Below are positions 24,896 to 31,861 of a stretch of 63,694 bases of DNA, piece by piece. The position numbers and the translations under genes were made by a program. Each line of letters starts with the position of its first letter. Positions within the stretch are counted from its first letter, which is position 1. Source of the stretch: an uncultured Gammaproteobacteria bacterium (lineage in GTDB: Bacteria > Patescibacteriota > Microgenomatia > UBA12405); NCBI GenBank assembly GCA_964537905.1, contig CAZICU010000002.1:1-63694 (forward strand). The letters are read 5' to 3'. The notes under the pieces were generated by a model. The model made no database searches and was not told the DNA's origin. It worked only from the letters and a program-made list of their open reading frames with translations.

Positions 24896-24961
24896 AAAAT
24901 TATATCAAAAAAGAAAATGTAATTATATCTATTTATTTTTGTATTCTTATAAGACTATATT
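24896..24961 (+). repeat. 66-bp exact direct repeat, copy 2 (5' flank of HNH-motif gene 2, adjacent to tRNA-Glu)
   Basis: Identical to 24150-24215. On the minus strand it contains an extended -10 (TGATATAAT, 24899-24907) pointing at tRNA-Glu. Confidence 0.9.
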
Positions 24962-24970
24962 GAATAATAT

Positions 24971-25474
24971 ATGTCAAAAGAAAAACAACCTCAATTTAAA
25001 AAAAACAAATATTATAGTAATAGATTAAGAGCATTCAAAGCATATGGGATAAAAATTAATGATCCCGAATATAATTGTCACCATATAGTACAAAAAACTG
25101 ATTTAGAACAAGGATTAGTTCCGCATTATTTTGATATTGATGGTTTACCTAATTTATTTCCTATAAGGATAGATCAGCATGAACTACTTAACAAAATTAT
25201 TTATGCAGTAGATAATGATCAGGATATTAGTTGTTACTTAGATGAATGGAAAAAATTAGAAACAGATTCAAAAAAACCAAAAGTTGTTTCTAAAAAAACA
25301 ATTAATCATAAAACTATTATTCCAATACCACCAACCATTGATTTAACAAAAAAAAGTAAAAAAAAGCCAGAAAAACATCGTCAATCAATATTAGAAAAAT
25401 TAATCGATAAAGAAGCAGATGAATATTTGTCTTATTATCAATCTTCACTTAGAACTAATCTTGCCGAAATATAG
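24971..25474 (+). CDS. Small HNH-motif protein, paralog 2
   Basis: Carries NCHHIV..N..P..H. It shares the MSKE(R/K)Q start, the VP.YF motif and the KII.A.DN.Q motif with the ORF at 24230. Confidence 0.5.
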   Translation: MSKEKQPQFKKNKYYSNRLRAFKAYGIKINDPEYNCHHIVQKTDLEQGLVPHYFDIDGLPNLFPIRIDQHELLNKIIYAVDNDQDISCYLDEWKKLETDSKKPKVVSKKTINHKTIIPIPPTIDLTKKSKKKPEKHRQSILEKLIDKEADEYLSYYQSSLRTNLAEI

Positions 25475-25487
25475 TAAAATCAATTAA

Positions 25488-26624
25488 ATGGTATTTAAAA
25501 AATATAAAAACTATTTAAAACTAGTTTTATTAACTATATTTTCTTCATTTTTTTTCTGGCTGATTTTTTATTTTAATGTTCCCGGCAAAATTGGATTTAA
25601 TCATGTTTCTCTAGAAACTATTTTTGCTAATTACGATGGTCCTAATTATATGATTATTGCCAAATGTGGTTACAACAAAGATTGTATTGGTCCAAATTTT
25701 TCTTTACCTTTACCCTTAGAATATTATCCAGCTCATTTTCCTGGATATCCTCTTTTGATTAATTTTTTCAACAATTTTACTACTGGACCCAAAGCCATGC
25801 TTTTAGTCACTCTTTCTGGTTCTATTTTTTTAACTCTAATTTTATACGAATTTTTAAAACTATTTATAAAAGAAAAAAAAGCCTTTTGGCTAACAGTTTT
25901 ATTTATATTTTTTCCAGCTCGTTTTTTTGTTTTACGTTCTATTGGTGCTCCGGAAACTTGGTTTTTAGCTAGTATTATTGCTTCAATTTTCTTTTTCAAA
26001 AAAGATAAAATTTGGTTCTCTGCTATTTTTGCTGCTCTAGCTCAAACATTTAAAACCCCAGCCGTATTATTGGTTTTTTCTTATGCTCTTGTCGCTATTT
26101 ATGAATTAATTAAAACCAAGAAATTTTTACCTATTATAAAAAAATACTATCCCTATCTTTTAACTCCAATTACAATTTTATTAATCTTTTATCTTTATTA
26201 TCTTCAAACTGGAAATTTATTGGCCTATTTTCAAAGCGGGGATAATTTTCACTTAAATTACTTACCCTATTTAGTTTTTATTAGTACTAAATCATGGGTT
26301 GATAGTATTTGGCTCGAAGATATTATTTATATTTTTATTATCGCTATTTATGGTATTTATCGGCTTGTCAAAAAATATAAATTTGACATTGTTGTTATTT
26401 TTCCACTAGTCTTTACTCTGGCTACTCTTTTAGTAGCTCATCGCGATATTAGTCGTTATATTTCTCCTGTTTATCCATTTTTATTACTTGCCTTTCAAAA
26501 ATTTCTCAACAAAAAATCTATTAAATTCATCTTTTTGCTTTTATTACCCGCTATTATTCTTTATGGTATCAATTTTGTTTCTGGCAATACTACTCCTATT
26601 TCCGACTGGACCAATTATCTGTAA
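25488..26624 (+). CDS. Polytopic membrane protein, probable GT-C glycosyltransferase (PIG-V/GT39-like)
   Basis: Has about 10 predicted TM segments. The motif YPAHFPGYPLLI resembles the FFPLYP motif of PIG-V-like mannosyltransferases. Confidence 0.55.
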   Translation: MVFKKYKNYLKLVLLTIFSSFFFWLIFYFNVPGKIGFNHVSLETIFANYDGPNYMIIAKCGYNKDCIGPNFSLPLPLEYYPAHFPGYPLLINFFNNFTTGPKAMLLVTLSGSIFLTLILYEFLKLFIKEKKAFWLTVLFIFFPARFFVLRSIGAPETWFLASIIASIFFFKKDKIWFSAIFAALAQTFKTPAVLLVFSYALVAIYELIKTKKFLPIIKKYYPYLLTPITILLIFYLYYLQTGNLLAYFQSGDNFHLNYLPYLVFISTKSWVDSIWLEDIIYIFIIAIYGIYRLVKKYKFDIVVIFPLVFTLATLLVAHRDISRYISPVYPFLLLAFQKFLNKKSIKFIFLLLLPAIILYGINFVSGNTTPISDWTNYL

Positions 26625-26630
26625 ATACGA

Positions 26631-26678
26631 CTTCTCCATTTTTTAAGGGGAGATGTCCCGAAGGGACAGAGAGGTTTT
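26631..26678 (+). repeat. G/C-rich hairpin repeat (two-hairpin type)
   Basis: The sequence is cttctccattttttaaggggagatgtcccgaagggacagagaggtttt. Its first 27 nt differ at one position from the copy at 31805. Confidence 0.7.
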
Positions 26679-26722
26679 GTCTTAAATTATGTTTTCGTTT
26701 ATGACCGAAGGCCGGGTGGGTT

Positions 26723-27616
26723 TTAAGAGATATAAAATTTCCCGTCTTCTTCCGTCAACAAATCTTTCATCAACATCATCGATAGGGTAGTCGAAATTTC
26801 AGTGATATTCTTTTTAGTCACTTGACATAATTCATCACTAGTCATCGCCTCGTTTTCCAGCAAATCAATCATTATTCTTTCCAGATCCGACAAATTACTG
26901 TAATCTTTAAACAAATTTTCTTGAGTCGGTATGGCGATTTTATCTTCAAAAATATCCGAGCTTTGAGTTAAAATTTTTGCACTACCAGTTTTTATTAACC
27001 AATTTGTCCCTTCAGAAGTTTTGGAATTTATTGGTCCAGGTACTGCTAAAATTTTTCTTTTTTGTTCCAATCCAATTTTTGCCGTAATTAAACTTCCAGA
27101 TTTTATTCCCGCTTCAATCACTACAATCCCAATATTAGTCAAACCAGCCACAATTCTGTTTCTTTGAGGAAAACTCCAATTAGTTGCTTTGAAATTTGGT
27201 TCATACTCAGAGATTACTAAACCGTTATTTTTTAATATTTCCATATATAAATTATCATTATCTTTAGGACAAATTTCATTTAAGCCTCCACCTAAAACAG
27301 CCACTGTTTTACCTCCATATTCCAAACATTTTTTATGAGCCTCAGTGTCAACCCCATACATAAATCCTGAAACCACAGTTGATTTTCTAGAAACTATCTC
27401 TGGCATAATTTTATCTACTATGTCTTTACCGTATCGGGTAATTTGTCGACTGCCTACTATTGCTACTACTTTTTCAAAAATTTCTTCTTTCCATTCTCCT
27501 CGATAATAAAGTTTTTCTGGACAATTTTTAATTTCTCGTAAATTTATTGGGAATTTTTTTTTCTCAATAATTGTTATCGGCCATTTTTTCCATTCATTCA
27601 TCTTTTTTAATTTCAA
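26723..27616 (-). CDS. dprA: DNA-processing protein DprA
   Basis: The DprA Rossmann-like core carries VAIVGSRQITRYGK, GFMYGVDTEAHK and LGGGL. A C-terminal winged-helix-like tail follows. The start may be ATG 27601. Confidence 0.85.
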   Translation of the reverse strand: MKLKKMNEWKKWPITIIEKKKFPINLREIKNCPEKLYYRGEWKEEIFEKVVAIVGSRQITRYGKDIVDKIMPEIVSRKSTVVSGFMYGVDTEAHKKCLEYGGKTVAVLGGGLNEICPKDNDNLYMEILKNNGLVISEYEPNFKATNWSFPQRNRIVAGLTNIGIVVIEAGIKSGSLITAKIGLEQKRKILAVPGPINSKTSEGTNWLIKTGSAKILTQSSDIFEDKIAIPTQENLFKDYSNLSDLERIMIDLLENEAMTSDELCQVTKKNITEISTTLSMMLMKDLLTEEDGKFYIS

Positions 27617-27705
27617 ATTTTTAATTCTTAATTTTTAATCAAATCTAAATTTTAAAATTCAAATATTAAAAAATTCATTTAAAATTTTAAATTTAAAATT
27701 AAAAA

Positions 27706-28092
27706 TTAATATAAATTAGGGTAATGTTTTATGCTTTTAACCGTTTTATCTCCATTTAAAACTATGCAAACCGCATCAATTCTGTATTTCTCAAAATTTT
27801 TTACCGTTTCTTTTTCTAACACCAAAAACGATTCAGCTACTCGTCTAACTTTAGTTAATTTGTTTTTATTAATCATTTCTTCTGGGGTACCATATTTATC
27901 GCCAATTTTTAGTTTCACTTCCACAAACACCAACCAATCTTTATCTGACATAATAATGTCGATTTCACCCAACATATTAGAATAATTTGATTCTATTAAT
28001 TTAAATCCTTTTTTAATCAAAAATTCTCTGGCAATTTCTTCTCCCTCTCTGCCTTTTTTATAATTTTGTATTTTATTAAATTCTTTCATCAT
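27706..28092 (-). CDS. yraN: YraN family (UPF0102) endonuclease-like protein
   Basis: Carries GEEIAREFL..GEIDIIM..LVFVEVK, typical of YraN. Confidence 0.8.
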   Translation of the reverse strand: MMKEFNKIQNYKKGREGEEIAREFLIKKGFKLIESNYSNMLGEIDIIMSDKDWLVFVEVKLKIGDKYGTPEEMINKNKLTKVRRVAESFLVLEKETVKNFEKYRIDAVCIVLNGDKTVKSIKHYPNLY

Positions 28093-28099
28093 TTTTTTA

Positions 28100-28133
28100 C
28101 TTCCCCTCTTGTCAAAGAGGGGATTGAGGGGAG
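28100..28133 (-). repeat. G/C-rich hairpin repeat between comM and yraN
   Basis: The plus strand reads cttcccctcttgtcaaagaggggattgaggggag. On the gene strand this is CCCCTCTTTGACAAGAGGGG, ending ~12 nt upstream of the yraN ATG. Confidence 0.7.
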
Positions 28134-28141
28134 ATTGTTAT

Positions 28142-29677
28142 TTATTCATCATTTTTCACTCTATATTGCAACGCCTCAGCAATATGATTTTCTTTTATTT
28201 CATTACATTTATCCAAATCGGCAATTGTTCTGGCCACTTTTATTAATCGAAAATAAACTCTCGCCGACAAATTAAATTTGTTCACTGCTTGTTTCAGTAA
28301 TAAATTCGCTTCTCCTGTCAAATTAGCAAAATCTTTTAAATGTCTATTTTTCATATCAGAGTTACTGTGTATATGTTCTAGTTTTTTAAATCTTTCACTT
28401 TGAATTTTTCTTGCTGCCAAAACTCGTTTTTTAATTGATTCTGATTTTTCGTTATTATTATCACCCTTAGTTACCATTAAATTATTAACATCTACCGCTG
28501 GTACAATTAAATGTAAATCAATCCGATCCATAATTGGTCCAGACAATTTTTTTCGATAATTTAAAATTTGAAAACTACTACATTTGCACTCTTTTTTTGG
28601 ATCACCCAAATAGCCACACGGGCAAGGGTTAGCTGCTGCTACTAACATAAATTGAGCTGGGAAAGTCATTGATCCAGCTGCTCTGGAGATGTTTACTAAT
28701 CCATCTTCCAAAGGTTGTCGCAACGCCTCCAAAGAATTTCTCCCAAATTCCGGAAATTCGTCTAAAAATAATACTCCTCGGTGAGCTAAAGACACTTCAC
28801 CCGGTCGAGGATTACTTCCACCACCAATTAATCCCACTTGTGAAGTTGTGTGATGTGGTGATCTAAATGGTCTTTGACGAATCAATGATCCTCCAGGAGG
28901 GATATTTCCTGTAATTGAATAAATTTTAGTTACTTCTAGACTTTCTTTTTCCGTTAAATTAGGTAAAATTCCCGACATGGCTCTAGCCAACATTGTTTTT
29001 CCTGATCCTGGTGGGCCCATCATAAATACATTATGTCCGCCGGCGGCAGCAATTTCCAAAGCTCTTTTAGATTGTTCTTGGCCCAATACTTCAGCAAAAT
29101 CAAATTCTGGCATTATATCGCCTAGAATATCTTCTGTATCGACTTTTTTTAATGGCTCAATTAATTTTTCACCGCTTAAATGACGAATTAAATTTCTTAA
29201 ATTATCAACCGGGTATACTTCAATGTCACTTATAACACTTGCTTCATTAGCACTCATTCGGGGTACAAAAATTTTTTTTATTCCTTTTTCTTTTGCTAAT
29301 AATGCCAACAAAAATACTCCTCGAGTATGTCTCAGGCTTCCATCCAAAGATAATTCACCATAAAAATAAGATCTTTCTTGGGGCAAAACCAATTCACCAA
29401 TTGAGGCCAATATTCCCACTGAAATTGGTAAATCGTAGCAACTGCCATCTTTGGGTAAATCGGCTGGTGCTAAATTAATGGTTACTTTGGCATCAGGAAA
29501 CTGGATTTCACTGTTAATTATAGCTGTTTTAACTCTTTCTTTAGCTTCTTCCACCGCTTTACTAGCCAGACCCACAATTCCAAAACCTGGGAATCCTTTT
29601 TCAGCTACATTAACCTCAACTTCTATTTCAATTCCTTGTAATCCAGCGCTTGCTATTGACAAAACTTTTTGAAGCAT
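28142..29677 (-). CDS. comM: YifB/ComM family Mg-chelatase-like AAA+ ATPase
   Basis: Has an N-terminal Lon-protease-like domain, the Walker A motif GPPGSGKT, the Walker B motif VLFLDEFPEF and a C-terminal Mg-chelatase subunit ChlI-like region. Confidence 0.9.
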   Translation of the reverse strand: MLQKVLSIASAGLQGIEIEVEVNVAEKGFPGFGIVGLASKAVEEAKERVKTAIINSEIQFPDAKVTINLAPADLPKDGSCYDLPISVGILASIGELVLPQERSYFYGELSLDGSLRHTRGVFLLALLAKEKGIKKIFVPRMSANEASVISDIEVYPVDNLRNLIRHLSGEKLIEPLKKVDTEDILGDIMPEFDFAEVLGQEQSKRALEIAAAGGHNVFMMGPPGSGKTMLARAMSGILPNLTEKESLEVTKIYSITGNIPPGGSLIRQRPFRSPHHTTSQVGLIGGGSNPRPGEVSLAHRGVLFLDEFPEFGRNSLEALRQPLEDGLVNISRAAGSMTFPAQFMLVAAANPCPCGYLGDPKKECKCSSFQILNYRKKLSGPIMDRIDLHLIVPAVDVNNLMVTKGDNNNEKSESIKKRVLAARKIQSERFKKLEHIHSNSDMKNRHLKDFANLTGEANLLLKQAVNKFNLSARVYFRLIKVARTIADLDKCNEIKENHIAEALQYRVKNDE

Positions 29678-29750
29678 TAATAAAATTTAACACAAATTTA
29701 AAGGAAAATATTACCCAAATAAAACCCAAACTCATGATAAAATATAATCT

Positions 29751-31772
29751 ATGTCATTTAGTCTTCAATCCGAATACCAACCCTCAGGTGATCAACCTCA
29801 GGCAATTGCCAAACTTTCGGACAATATTATCTCTGGTGTTAAGCATCAAACCTTGCTCGGTGTTACCGGTTCTGGTAAGACTTTTACAGTTGCTAATGTC
29901 ATCCAAAATACTCAACTTCCAACTTTAGTAATTTCTCACAACAAAACTCTCGCCGGCCAACTTTATCAAGAGTTTAAAGAATTATTCCCTAACAACAAAG
30001 TTTCTTATTTTGTTTCTTACTATGATTATTACCAACCAGAAGCTTATATTCCCGCCTCGGACACTTATATTGCCAAAGAAGTTGATATCAATGATCGGAT
30101 TGATCGTCTTCGGTTAGAAGCTTCATCCAATCTTTTGTCGGGTGATGATAATATTGTCGTCGCTTCTGTCAGTTGTATTTACAACATTGGCGATCCAGTC
30201 GAATTTGAAAACATGACATTTTCTTTAGAAATAAATCATGAATATCCTCGTCGCCAACTTTTAGAAAGTTTTATTTCTCTTTTTTACACTCGTTCAGAAC
30301 TAGAATTCAAACGTTCCACTTTTCGGATTCGTGGTGGTAATATTGAAATCTGGCCATCTTATACTGATTCTTATTTAGTCCTAGAATTTTTAGGTGATAT
30401 GTTGACCAAAATTATTCAACGTCACCCTATGACCAGTAAGGAAGTTGTTTTAGAAAAGTTCAAACTTTTCCCCGCCAAACAATACGTCAGTGGCCATCGT
30501 GATCTTGATAAAATCTTTACCCAAATTCGTTCTGATTGTGACAAACAAGTTGCTATGTTTAAATCTCAAAATAAAATTCTTGAAGCTCACCGCATTCAGC
30601 AACGAGTCGAATACGATTTAGAAATGCTTCAAGAAACTGGTTATATCAACGGTATCGAAAATTATTCTATTTATTTTGATCAAAACCGAAAGCATGGCGA
30701 TCCTCCTTATACTTTAGTCGATTATTTTCGCCACTTATGGGGTGATAATTTTTTGACTGTTATTGACGAATCTCACGTTAGTGTTCCTCAAATTGGTGGT
30801 ATGTTTGCCGGTGATTTGGCTCGTAAAAAAAATTTAATTGATTTTGGTTTTCGTCTTCCATCAGCTCTTGATAATCGTCCTTTAAAATTTGACGAATTTG
30901 AACAGCGTCTGGCTAAAGTTATTTATGTTTCCGCCACTCCTTCAAAATATGAATTAGAGAAAAGTTCTAGCACATTATCACACCAGAGCACTAACTCTGG
31001 TATTGTCGAACAAATTATTCGTCCTACTGGTTTAGTCGATCCAGAAATTAGTATCCGATCTACCCTTAATCAAATTCCTAATTTAATCGAAGAAATAAAA
31101 TCTCGTGTTGCTAAAAAAGAACGAACATTAGTCGTTACTCTTACCAAACGTATGGCTGAAGATTTGGCGAATTTCCTTTCTGATCCAAATAAGACAGGTA
31201 CTAATTTAAAAGTTGCTTATCTTCATTCTGATATTGACACTCTTGAACGTTCAAAAATTCTCGATGATTTACGTTCCGGTAATTACGATGTTTTAGTTGG
31301 TATCAATTTATTACGTGAAGGTCTTGATTTACCCGAAGTCAGTTTAGTCGCTATTCTTGATGCTGATCAACAAGGATTCTTACGTTCAAAATCTTCACTC
31401 ATTCAAATCATGGGTCGAGCTTCACGTCATATTGCCGGTCAAGTTATTTTGTATGCCGATTCAGTTTCTGATGCTATGGATGGTGCTATCCGTGAAGTTA
31501 ATCGACGACGCCTTATTCAAGTTAAATACAATCAAGACCATAATATTACCCCTAGATCAGTGGTAAAATCTATCCGTCCTCAAATTCTTGAGGATCTCAA
31601 AAAAGATCCCAAAACTGATTGGGTTAAAATTGATACTTCATCACTTACTCCACCTCAGCGACAACGTCAAATTAAAGAACTCAAAAAACAAATGAGACAT
31701 TTGGCTTTTAATTTAGACTTTGAAAGAGCTATTCAAATTCGTGATCAAATCCGCGAAATTGAAAAATATTAA
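29751..31772 (+). CDS. uvrB: Excinuclease ABC subunit B
   Basis: Carries the Walker A motif GVTGSGKT, helicase motifs (DESH) and a C-terminal UVR domain (LDFERAIQIRDQIREIE). Confidence 0.95.
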   Translation: MSFSLQSEYQPSGDQPQAIAKLSDNIISGVKHQTLLGVTGSGKTFTVANVIQNTQLPTLVISHNKTLAGQLYQEFKELFPNNKVSYFVSYYDYYQPEAYIPASDTYIAKEVDINDRIDRLRLEASSNLLSGDDNIVVASVSCIYNIGDPVEFENMTFSLEINHEYPRRQLLESFISLFYTRSELEFKRSTFRIRGGNIEIWPSYTDSYLVLEFLGDMLTKIIQRHPMTSKEVVLEKFKLFPAKQYVSGHRDLDKIFTQIRSDCDKQVAMFKSQNKILEAHRIQQRVEYDLEMLQETGYINGIENYSIYFDQNRKHGDPPYTLVDYFRHLWGDNFLTVIDESHVSVPQIGGMFAGDLARKKNLIDFGFRLPSALDNRPLKFDEFEQRLAKVIYVSATPSKYELEKSSSTLSHQSTNSGIVEQIIRPTGLVDPEISIRSTLNQIPNLIEEIKSRVAKKERTLVVTLTKRMAEDLANFLSDPNKTGTNLKVAYLHSDIDTLERSKILDDLRSGNYDVLVGINLLREGLDLPEVSLVAILDADQQGFLRSKSSLIQIMGRASRHIAGQVILYADSVSDAMDGAIREVNRRRLIQVKYNQDHNITPRSVVKSIRPQILEDLKKDPKTDWVKIDTSSLTPPQRQRQIKELKKQMRHLAFNLDFERAIQIRDQIREIEKY

Positions 31773-31804
31773 AATATGAAATTCAAAAAATTACAAATTA
31801 AAGA

Positions 31805-31856
31805 CTTCTCCCTTTTTTAAGGGGAGATGTCGAAGCGAAGCAAGACAAAGAGGTTT
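31805..31856 (+). repeat. G/C-rich hairpin repeat between uvrB and uvrA
   Basis: The sequence is cttctcccttttttaaggggagatgtcgaagcgaagcaagacaaagaggttt. It ends 5 nt before the uvrA ATG. Confidence 0.7.
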
Positions 31857-31861
31857 TTCCT

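Noticed and set aside
24150-24961. 66-bp repeats as termini of an insertion sequence or composite transposon
   Set aside because: The repeats are in direct, not inverted, orientation. No transposase lies between them, only an HNH-motif ORF and tRNA-Glu. They are treated instead as duplicated cassette flanks.
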